IMG/VR virus record: IMGVR_UViG_3300034050_000451
Coordinates: 1 to 64,000 of that record
Reading direction: 5' to 3' (one strand)
DNA: 64,000 bases
Shown here: positions 38,042-49,100 of the stretch, in pieces
Layout of the letters: every line of letters starts with the position of its first letter
How positions within the stretch are numbered: position 1 is the stretch's first letter
Made by a program: the position numbers and the translations under genes
The notes under the pieces: model-generated
The model's input: the letters and a program-made list of their open reading frames with translations, nothing else
The model's database searches: none
What the model was told of the DNA's origin: nothing

Positions 38042-38374
38042 TTATGTAATTTCTAATACTGATACTACAACATCAGCTGATGTGTTCACCGATGATGTTA
38101 CAGTAATAGAGTCATTTGCTTCTAATACTACTTTTTGGTCACCACCTACTAAAATAGTTGATGAACCTTGTGGAATTAATACTCCTTTAATTAAATATTT
38201 TGTTACCCCAGCTGAGTTATCAGTTATCTGAACATCAACGTTGATGTTTTGAGCAACAATATTTGCTACACTAACCCCAATTACCGTTGCAACAGCATTG
38301 GATGGAGTCGTATAAACACTTAAACCACCCGTTCCGGCTGGTCCTTTAACACTATTTTTAAATGTATTTGCCAT
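38042..38374 (-). CDS. small virion/fibre-associated beta protein (paralog of the outer halves of 52111..52971)
   Basis: MANTFKN..VYTTPS..YLIKGVLIP..KVVLE..DVVVSVLE. Confidence 0.65.
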   Translation of the reverse strand: MANTFKNSVKGPAGTGGLSVYTTPSNAVATVIGVSVANIVAQNINVDVQITDNSAGVTKYLIKGVLIPQGSSTILVGGDQKVVLEANDSITVTSSVNTSADVVVSVLEIT

Positions 38375-38385
38375 ATTTTATTTTT

Positions 38386-38706
38386 TTATCCCAATGCAAT
38401 CGCAAATGCTATCGCTGAATCCAATACATTTACACCATCCACATTAAATGAACCGCCTTGTAAATCTATCGAACCAGAAACCGCAATAGAGCCACTTGAT
38501 ACCAATACATATTGAGTAGTATTACCTTTATCATACCCTAATCGTAAACTATCTTTTACACTTAGGTTAGTAAATTCAGCAGTTGTTACTTCAATATCTC
38601 CCTTAAAGGAACCAGTAAAACTTCCAGTAAATGAACCACTTAGGGTTGCATATGCGGAAGGTGCTTGGTTAATTGAGCCCGAAAAACTTGGTGCATCTAT
38701 TCTCAT
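38386..38706 (-). CDS. short fibre-like protein with SGS/TGS motifs
   Basis: SGSFTGSFTGS; C-terminal SAIAFAIALG; late motif at 38733-38741. Confidence 0.6.
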   Translation of the reverse strand: MRIDAPSFSGSINQAPSAYATLSGSFTGSFTGSFKGDIEVTTAEFTNLSVKDSLRLGYDKGNTTQYVLVSSGSIAVSGSIDLQGGSFNVDGVNVLDSAIAFAIALG

Positions 38707-38757
38707 TTGCTATTTATTCCATTCTTTATAGGTATAAATATAAACAAATTTCTTTTA

Positions 38758-39210
38758 CTACATTGGTTTAGCCGGCCAGCTTAAATTATATGGATTTTGT
38801 TGAGATGTTACATCTCTTAAAGATTGTCTATATGTTTGCCACTCAACTAAAGTAGTACCACTTATAGGTGAGTCTTGAAATTGGGTCCAATCTGATTGTG
38901 CTAATAAAGCATCTCTCATAATTCTAATTTCTACCCATTTTTCTTCAAGTTTTACTGAAATTTCTGATTCAGTTGCATCGGTTATATTCCAAACTTGAAT
39001 ATATGATGAATCGGATAGGATTGGAGTACCTTCCTCTATGTTTTTTGTATAATCATCAGTATATTCAGTAGCTTCTACATAATATACATCAAATGATTCT
39101 AATACCTCATTAGTTAACACCGCAGGGAAACTTGTATTTGGATTTTCCAATTTAAGTTCACTAATTGTGTAAGGATATCTTATATTTCCGTTTTCTAATT
39201 TTAAATACAT
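38758..39210 (-). CDS. tail fibre assembly chaperone
   Basis: WVEIRIMRDALLAQSDWTQFQDSP..EWQTYRQSLRDVTSQ..WPAKP. Confidence 0.85.
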   Translation of the reverse strand: MYLKLENGNIRYPYTISELKLENPNTSFPAVLTNEVLESFDVYYVEATEYTDDYTKNIEEGTPILSDSSYIQVWNITDATESEISVKLEEKWVEIRIMRDALLAQSDWTQFQDSPISGTTLVEWQTYRQSLRDVTSQQNPYNLSWPAKPM

Positions 39211-39217
39211 ATCTTTA

Positions 39218-40096
39218 TTATTTCCAATTTACAGGTATTGATGCGTAATTTGTAATTCCAGTACAATTGTTAAATGCGTTTGTACCTAATGGTTCAGGTG
39301 ACCTAGACCAAAGTGCTTCAACAGTTCCCCAACTAGCTGAACCATTGGTTATGGAACTCATATTAAATATATTCGTAAATACCGTAACATTTGGATTATA
39401 TGAAAATGTTGGTATATTTGTTAACGCTCTATTATTTCTAAATGTAGATGAAAAGTTAATTACTTGTGTATTATATCTGAATAATTCATTTGGTACACTC
39501 ACTAATGATGTACATGCGTTAAAAGTTGAGTTAAATGATGTTACTAAAGTACATTCATCAAATAAATTGTTTGGAACTGATGTTATTCTTGTAAATGAAA
39601 ATGTATCTATAAAATCCAATACTATTGGAGAATAACTAAATAAATCAGATGGGATTGATGTTATACCAGTACCCCTAAATGTATTGTTAAATTGAGTTAT
39701 TCTACTTAAACCAATTGCACCACCAGGTATTGATGTTATATTTGTACATCCATAAAAGTTAATACTTCTTAATCCAACATTTCCCCAATCAAGTATCGCA
39801 GTATATAATACTCTATATGTACTATTATCAACCCTAAATCCAGGTAGTGAACCAATTACAGATACCGTATATGTACCAGCGGTTGCATATGTATGAAATC
39901 TATTAATATCAGTTACACTTTCTATAATAGGTGATGAATTACCATCACCCCATCCTACTTGAACTTTTGGTTGAGTACCACCAACAGTTACTAAAGGTAA
40001 TTCAAATAATTGCCCAGCACCAACTGTTAGTTGGAATTGAAATGGTAGTACCTCACTACCACCGGCTGCTGTTACTAATCTTCTTGCTATACTCAT
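39218..40096 (-). CDS. BspA/DUF285-like leucine-rich-repeat fibre tip or receptor-binding partner with PKD-like N-domain
   Basis: VQVGWGDGNS..HTYATAGTYTV; repeats FNNTFRGTGITSIPSDLF, FIDTFSFTRITSVPNNLF, FNSTFNACTSLVSVPNELF. Confidence 0.7.
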   Translation of the reverse strand: MSIARRLVTAAGGSEVLPFQFQLTVGAGQLFELPLVTVGGTQPKVQVGWGDGNSSPIIESVTDINRFHTYATAGTYTVSVIGSLPGFRVDNSTYRVLYTAILDWGNVGLRSINFYGCTNITSIPGGAIGLSRITQFNNTFRGTGITSIPSDLFSYSPIVLDFIDTFSFTRITSVPNNLFDECTLVTSFNSTFNACTSLVSVPNELFRYNTQVINFSSTFRNNRALTNIPTFSYNPNVTVFTNIFNMSSITNGSASWGTVEALWSRSPEPLGTNAFNNCTGITNYASIPVNWK

Positions 40097-40103
40097 AACT
40101 TTC

Positions 40104-43100
40104 TTAACTTAAATTTGCTGCGGATAAGAATCCATAATATGTTGTTCCACCATCATAAGTATAGAATACTAAAATATCAGTTCCATTTGCAGTTAACGCA
40201 GGTGCTATACCACCAGCCCAATCTACTGATGCCGGCCATGTTGTTGTAAAGTTACCACCATTCACATAAACCAACGTAAATCCAAATCCCTGAGGAGATG
40301 ATGGTGGGTTTGAGAATGTGTAAGTAACATTTGCATTAGCCGTATATCTAAAATTATTTGCAGTTGTTAAATTAATTGTTACACTTCCACCCGTACCTAA
40401 ATTAGAAAATAATTCTCTAAAGTTAGGTGTATAAACTGATGTATTTGCAGTTACATTATTTCCAGTTATATTACCTGATATAGTTGCGTTACCCGTTACA
40501 TCTAATAAAGTACCATCATAAGTAAGTCCACTTTCAGCTGTAATATTGGGTGATGACCCATTTAGTGTAAGAACTCCGTTATTAGTAGTTCCAGTAATTG
40601 TAGCCGATATCCCAGATGAACCAGATGTACCAGATGAACCACCATCACCAGTAATACCAGATGTACCACTTAAACCACTTGAACCACTTGAACCAGCCAT
40701 TCCAGATGTTCCAGATGAACCACTACTTCCAAATAAAGTTCCATCTAAACCAGATGTACCTGCGGTTCCAGATGAACCATTTGTACCCAATCCAGATGAA
40801 CCCGATGTACCAGATGTACCGGATGAACCAAATAAAGTTCCATCCTGCCCAGATGTTCCAGAAGTACCATTAGTACCTAATCCAGATGTACCATTAGTAC
40901 CTAATCCAGATGTACCAGAAGTACCACTACTTCCGAATAAAGTTCCATCTTGTCCACTTGTTCCAGATGAACCATTTGTTCCAATGCCAGATGTTCCATT
41001 ACTTCCACTTACTCCGCTTGTTCCAGAAGAACCACTACTTCCAAATAAAGTTCCATCTTGTCCACTTGTCCCAGATGTTCCAGCAGTACCCGTTATACCA
41101 GATGTACCATCAGTACCAATACCAGATGTTCCCGATGTTCCAGAAGAACCAAATAAAGTTCCATCCTGTCCAGATGTTCCCGAAGTACCAGCGGTGCCCG
41201 TTATACCAGAAGTACCAGATGAGCCACTTTCACCACTTGTACCAGAAGTACCTGATGAACCAAATAATGTTCCATCTTGTCCAGAAGTACCTGATGTTCC
41301 ATTCGTACCAACTCCAGATGTTCCAGAAGAACCACTTTCACCTGATGTTCCGCTTGTACCAGACGAACCAAATAAAGTTCCATCTTGTCCAGAAGTACCC
41401 GATGTTCCATTAGTTCCAACACCAGATGTTCCAGACGAACCACTTTCACCTGATGTACCAGATGTTCCAGATGAACCGAATAAAGTTCCATCTTGCCCAG
41501 AAGTACCTGATGTTCCATTTGTACCTAACCCAGAAGTACCAGATGAACCACTTTCACCTGATGTTCCAGATGTACCAGATGAACCGAATAACGTACCATC
41601 CTGTCCACTTGTTCCAGAAGTACCATTTGTACCTAACCCAGATGTTCCTGATGAACCACTTTCACCACTTGTACCAGATGTTCCAGACGAACCGAATAAA
41701 GTTCCATCTTGTCCAGAAGTACCTGATGTTCCATTTGTCCCAATACCACTTGTACCAGATGAACCACTTTCACCACTTGTCCCAGATGTTCCACTACTTC
41801 CAAATAAAGTTCCATCTTGTCCACTAGTCCCAGAGGTTCCGTTTGTACCTAAACCAGAAGTACCTGATGAACCACTTTGACCACTTGTTCCAGATGTTCC
41901 ACTACTTCCAAATAAAGTTCCATCTTGTCCGCTTGTTCCAGAGGTTCCGTTTGTACCTAAACCAGAAGTACCTGATGAACCACTTTGACCTGATGTACCA
42001 GATGTACCACTACTTCCAAATAAAGTTCCATCTTGTCCGCTTGTTCCAGACGTACCAGCAGTTCCACTACTTCCGCTTGTTCCAGATGAACCAGATGTAC
42101 CAGATGTACCAGCAGTTCCATTACTTCCAAAGAATGTTCCATCTTGTCCGCTTGTTCCAGAAGTTCCAGATGTACCACTTGAACCGGATGTACCATTAGT
42201 ACCAACACCAGATGTTCCAGAGGTTCCAGATGAACCAAAGAATGTTCCATCTTGTCCGCTTGTTCCAGAAGTTCCAGATGTACCGCTTGAACCACTCAAA
42301 CCACTTGTTCCACTACTTCCACTTGTACCAGAAGTACCCGATGAACCAGAAGAACCGAAGAATGTTCCATCAACTCCACTTGTTCCAGAAGTTCCACTAC
42401 TTCCCGATGTTCCAGTTGAACCAGAAGAACCCGAAGTACCACTACTTCCAAATAAAGTTCCATCTAAACCAGATGTACCTGCGGTTCCAGATGTTCCAGA
42501 TGTACCACTTGAACCAGATGTACCACTACTTCCACTACTTCCACTTGTCCCAGAAGTTCCACTAATTCCCGATGAACCAGACGTACCATTAGTACCAGAT
42601 GAACCAGATGAACCACTTGTACCAGACGAACCTGAAGTTCCATTTAAACCTGAAGTTCCAGATGTACCATTTGAACCAGATAAACCACTTGTTCCAGATG
42701 TACCATATGAACCAGATGTACCATCCGTTCCAGTTGAACCAGAAGTTCCACTACTTCCACTCGTTCCATCAACTCCACTTGTTCCAGATGAACCAGATGA
42801 ACCAGATGTACCATCCGTTCCCGTTGAACCACTTGAACCAGAAGTTCCACTACTTCCACTCGTTCCATTCGAACCACTTGTCCCACTTGTCCCAGAAGAA
42901 CCAGAAGTACCAGAAGTTCCACTACTACCAGTTGAACCAGAAGAACCAGAAGTACCACTACTTCCTGATGTACCATTCGAACCACTCGTACCACTTGTTC
43001 CAGAAGAACCACTTGTCCCATCCGTTCCCGTTGAACCACTTGTTCCAGATGTTCCACTACTTCCGCTTGTTCCATTTGAACCACTCGTACCACTTGTCCC

Positions 43101-46100
43101 AGAAGAACCACTACTTCCCGATGTACCATCAGTACCGGTTGAACCAGATGAACCAGAAGTACCACTACTTCCACTCGTTCCGTTTGTACCAGAGGTTCCA
43201 GATGTTGCACTTGTTCCAGATGTACCTGATGTTCCACTCGTTCCCGATGTTCCAGAAGAACCAGATGTTCCAGATGAACCATTCTCACCACTAGTTCCAG
43301 AAGTTCCAGAAGTTCCCGATGTACCACTTGTCCCAGATGTACCAGAAGTGCCAGAAGTTCCCGATGTACCAGATGTACCCGATGTTCCATCTAATCCGCT
43401 TGTTCCACTTGAACCAGAAGTACCATCAACTCCACTTGTCCCGCTTGAACCAGAAGTTCCAGATGAACCACTTTCACCGCTCGTACCACTCGTACCAGAA
43501 GAACCACTACTTCCACTCGTTCCACTCGTTCCAGACGAACCAGATGAACCAGATGAACCAGAAGAACCCGATGTCCCACTACTTCCACTACTTCCTGATG
43601 AACCCGATGTTCCACTACTTCCACTACTTCCACTTGAACCACTACTACCACTTGAACCAGAAGTTCCACTACTACCACTCGTTCCAGAGGTACCAGAAGT
43701 ACCACTACTTCCACTTGTTCCAGAAGAACCAGAGGTTCCACTTGTCCCAGAAGAACCTGAAGTTCCACTCGTACCAGATGTTCCACTACTACCAGAAGTA
43801 CCAGATGTACCAGAAGTTCCGTTTTTATCAACAATTTCAATAATTCCAATCATTGATGAATGAACTGCACATTGATAAACAATATTGTTTGGTGCATCTT
43901 CAGGTACTCTATATGCTATTAAATCAGTTGTTCCAGCTAATCCATTTAATGGGTCATTATTTATTGTACCATCTACAACTGAAGTATTACCGCTTGATAA
44001 TCTTAATGCAAATGGGTGTGATGCTGAAACTCCACTTACATCAAAGTAAAATAATTCACCTCTTACTAATGTTAAGGTTGGGAATGTAGCATCATCATAT
44101 CCATCAAATGCATAATTGAATCCATCATTAATTACTTCGAAAAGTCTACCACCTTCTCTACCAGATGTTCCAGAAGAACCAGAAGTGCCCGATGTTCCCG
44201 AAGAACCAGATGTACCAGTAGTACCACTTGAACCAGACGTTCCACTCGTACCACTACTTCCACTTGAACCACTTGTTCCAGATGAACCTGATGAACCAGA
44301 GGTTCCAGACGAACCTGATGTTCCTGAAGAACCACTACTTCCACTACTTCCACTCGTTCCGCTTGTTCCAGATGAACCAGACGAACCTGATGAACCAGAG
44401 GTTCCACTACTTCCACTACTTCCGCTTGAACCACTACTTCCGCTTGAACCAGATGTTCCAGATGAACCACTACTACCACTTGAACCACTTGAACCAGATG
44501 TTCCAGAAGAACCACTTGAACCAGATGTTCCAGAAGAACCACTACTTCCAGAAGAACCAGATGTTCCACTACTTCCAGATGTTGCTGAAGTACCAGACGT
44601 TCCAGATGTTCCACTTGTCCCACTTGTTCCAGATGAACCACTACTTCCACTACTTCCAGAAGTACCAGACGTTCCAGATGTTCCAGATGTTGCTGAAGTA
44701 CCAGACGTTCCAGATGTTCCACTTGTTCCACTTGTCCCAGATGAACCAGACGTACCATTTGTTCCAGATGTACCTGATGTTCCAGATGTACCTGATGTTC
44801 CACTCGTACCAGAAGTTCCACTACTTCCACTCGTTCCACTCGTTCCGCTTGTTCCAGATGTACCACCAGTTCCAGATGTACCACCAGTTCCAGATGTACC
44901 ATCTACTCCACTCGTACCAACAGCTGCATCGATTGATTGTTGTTCTAATCTTCCAGTTGTTGGGTTATAGGTAACCACTAAATTTGTTGAACCTAATGGT
45001 AAATTTTGTATGAATGTACTACCAGTTACAATTAAACTACCCGATACATTTAAACTTCCCGTTAGTGCAGCATAACCTTCAAATGGGAAACCAGTACCAC
45101 TTCCACCACCAACTGCGTTTAATGCGTATTCGGCTATTGATGCAAATGATGATGAGAACACATACATTGATGCGGTTTGAGATGATAGTAAATCACCATC
45201 ACCAGTACCACCGCCACCTAAGATAGTTACTAATATACCATCAGAACCAGAATCAATTACACTTACACCAGAACCAGTAAAGTTAATTTTTCCAGTTTCA
45301 GTTTGTACTAACGAACTTGTATAGTAAATGAATAAATCAGTTCCACCACTACCAGCTTCACCAGCATTTAATGCGTAAGATGCAGTAAGAGCGAAAGATG
45401 AACTCAACACCGTCATAGATGATGTTTGTTCGTTTCTTACAAAGTTTTGTAAATCGTTTAATAATGCAAGAGATGCCGAATCAATACCAGCTACATTTAA
45501 TGCAGTATCAGCAGTTTCTGCTGAAATTGCTCTAGACGCTGATGGTACAATTCCAATTACGTTGTTACCACTAATTGCTCCACTTATTTTTGAACCACCA
45601 CTACCAACTACTACAACTCCAGAAGTTAAACCACTAAATACTACTCTAACTCTATCACTGTCCAATGGTATGATAGCTTGAGGTATAATCATTCCATTTG
45701 TACCAGCTTCATAAACTTGTACGATTGGATAATCAACATCAAAGTTGTGTACAACCGTTACTTCAGTTACATTTGTAAATGGTTCTGCGGTTGTTGGTGT
45801 ACTCTCAGGTACAGGTACATATTTAGAACGGGCCGCATCATAGATAAGAATATCTCTATCTTCAGCATCACCCTCTCCATAGTATCCACCATAGAATGAA
45901 CCGGTAATTTGTCCACCATAAATTACAGGTGCGTATATATTTTTTTCAACACTTAAGTTTCCACTAACTGATGCGGATGCGTTAACAACTAATCCAAAGT
46001 TTGGTGAAAGTACCGTTGTAAATGAACCACTTTGTAAAAGTGAAGTTTCAAATGATAAGTTAGCTATATTGATGTTAGTCAATCCACTACCATCTCCAAC

Positions 46101-49100
46101 AAATGATGAACCAGAAGATAAAATAACACTTCCACCAGTTACAAATAATCCACCACTTACACTAAGTGAACCAGATATAGATGTTTTTGTACCAACCTCA
46201 AATCCTTTATCAGGTGAAATTACCGCCTGAGTTGAACCAGATATAATTCTATCTAATTGAAGGTCTTGTAATGCGTTTGCAGGAATGTTAAATAATCCAC
46301 TACCATCTCCATCAAATCGAGATGCTGTTATTGGAACGTTTACATCTAATTTTAATGGGTCAATAATTGCTATACCAGAGCCAGAGTTAATTTTTACTAA
46401 TTGTAAATCTTCAAGTGCTTCTAATGGAATATTGAATAACCCACTACCATCACCACTAAATAAAGATGCCGATATTGAACCACTAATATCAACTGAACCC
46501 GTAAACTCAGAACCACTTCGTGCGGATTCTACTTTAAATCCAAAATTAGGTGAAACTGAAGCCGTTACTGAACCAGATGAAATTCTTGGAGATGCTGCAG
46601 CGGTTACGTTTGTGATAAAAGTACCATCACCAAATATAAATTTGTTTACATATATTGATTCAGATACATAAACTGAACCACTAAATTCGGATTTAATTGC
46701 TCTTAATGTAGTACCATCTAAAACTCTAAAGTGGCCATCAGTAGATACCGAAGCAGTAACGGAACCAGTGTAAATTCTAGAAGTATCAATTGCCAAATTA
46801 GCAATATCAATATTTGTCAATCCACTACCATCTCCAGTATAAATACCATCAATAGTTATTGAACCAGATACATCAATTGAACCAGTAAATTTAGAACCAC
46901 TATCCAAAGATTCAACTTTGAATCCTTCAGTTGGTGTTACGGATGCCGTAACTGAACCACTCACTAAACGATATACATCAAATGATAAGTTAGCAAGTGA
47001 AATATTAGTTAATCCACCACCATCTCCAAAGAATGAACCAGAGAATGAACCAGATAATTCATTTGCTTTTACAATACTTGAACTTATAGTTTGGGTTACA
47101 TATAAACTTCCACTTACATCAACTGAACCAGTAAATTCAGAACCACTTTCAGCTGATACTACTACAAATCCAAAATCAGGTGTTACTGATGCGGTTACAC
47201 TACCACTTTTAATTTCAGTTGAAATAAGTGCTTCAATTGCTTCAGTAGAAAGTGCGGTTAGTGGGATATTAAATAAGTTTTCACCACTACCACTAAATGA
47301 TGAACCACTAACAACCTCAATATTACCACTTACAAAAAGTGAACCACTAAATGTAGAACCACTTTCGATTGAAGTTACAACAAATCCGTTATCAGGTGTT
47401 ACTGATGCGGTAACTGAACCACTTGCGATTAAGTTTGATAAAAGTGCATCAGGCGTTAATGCTGCTCTTGGTATATCGAACAATCTAGCACCACTACCAC
47501 TAAACGATGAACCACTACTTAATTCTACTCCACCACTTACAAATAATGAACCTGTAAATTGTGAACCACTATCAATTGATTCTACTTTAAATCCAAACTC
47601 ATTCGAAACTGATGCCGTTACACTACCACTAGCCAATATTCCACTTTGGATTGCCAATAGTGAATTAATTGCATCTTGTGCATCAGGTGAAAATGCTGAT
47701 ATTGGGATATTGAATAAATCAGCTCCACTACCACTAAATGTTGAACCACTATTTATAGAAACACCACCACTTACAAAAAGTGAACCACTAAATGTAGAAC
47801 CACTTTCGATTGAAGTTACAACAAATCCGTTATTAGGGTTAACCGATGCCGTTACACTTCCACTAGCAATTAATGTTGCTGCTTCAGTAAGTGCTGATTG
47901 TGGGATATTAAATAATCCACTACCATCACCAGTGATTACACCATCAACAGTCAAAGAACCAGTTATTTTAACCGAACCAGTCATTTGTTGTATATCTGTC
48001 AATGAATCACCAAATATATTTGAACCAGAAGAATAAATTACTTCCGAATTTATAAACGTTACATTTATTTCTGTTGCGTTGATTGCCCCAGCTACATTTA
48101 AATCACCATCAATAGATGCGGATGTATTAACAACTAATCCTAAATTTGGTGAAATAGATGCAGTAGCAGAACCACTAGCAATTCTATTTGAATCTCCAGT
48201 TAAATTAGAAAAAGGAATATCGAATAAATTTCTACCACTACCACTAAATGAACCAGTTACTAATTCTATATTACCAAAGAATTTTGAACCACTTTCAATT
48301 GATGTTACAACAAATCCAGTATTTGGTGCTACTGATGCGGTAACTGAACCAGATGTAATAGTTGTACTAATAAGTGCATCAGGTGTTAGTGCTGTTCTTG
48401 GTATGTTAAATAATTTTGCACCACTACCAGAGAAAGAACCAGTTACCAATTGAACATCACCAAAGAAAGTTGAACCACTTACAACTGATGTTACAATAAA
48501 TCCATTTTGAGGGTGAGTTGATGCGGTAACCGAACCACTAAATATTTTAGAAGTATCTAAATCAGAAATTGCTGATTTTGGTATATCAAATAATCTTGCA
48601 CCACTACCAGAGAAAGAACCAGTTGCTAATTGAATATCACCAAAGAAAGTTGAACCACTTTGATATGATATAACAACAAACCCAGTATTTGGTGCTACCG
48701 ATGCAGTTACACTTCCACTTACAATGAATGATGAAAGTAACGCATCTTCAGTTAATGCTGAACGGGGGATATTTGTTAACCCCTCACCACTACCACTAAA
48801 GTATCCACTACCAGATAGAATTTTTACTTGCCCTAATACTTTAACAGAACCAGTAAATTGTGAACCACTATCCAATGATTCTACTTTGAATCCAAAATTA
48901 GGAGATACTGATGCAGTAACAGACCCACTTTGGATACGAGTTGATGCAATTACCTCTTCAGCAAATGCAGATAAAGGAATATTAGTTAATCCAGCTCCAC
49001 TACCACTAAAGAATGAACCAATATTAGCTTGTATGTTTCCATTTGCTATGATATCATCATTAGATACAATACCATTATTTGCTATTATATTACCATAGAA

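Noticed and set aside
40730-42470. 108-bp periodic DNA resembling a CRISPR array
   Set aside because: In-frame coding repeat with synonymous variation; no unique spacers, no leader, no cas genes.
35582-44920. Ice-nucleation protein call for the Ser/Thr/Gly repeats
   Set aside because: Lacks the AGYGSTxT 8/16-residue periodicity; the period is 3.
35379-44974. Many long plus-strand ORFs (PEVP/PLLP-rich; 609, 444, 284 aa etc.) and off-frame minus ORFs (VVHLE-rich, MNQ/HYF-rich)
   Set aside because: Shadows of the Gly-Thr-Ser repeat, whose codons lack stops in other frames; they coincide exactly with the repeat tracts.
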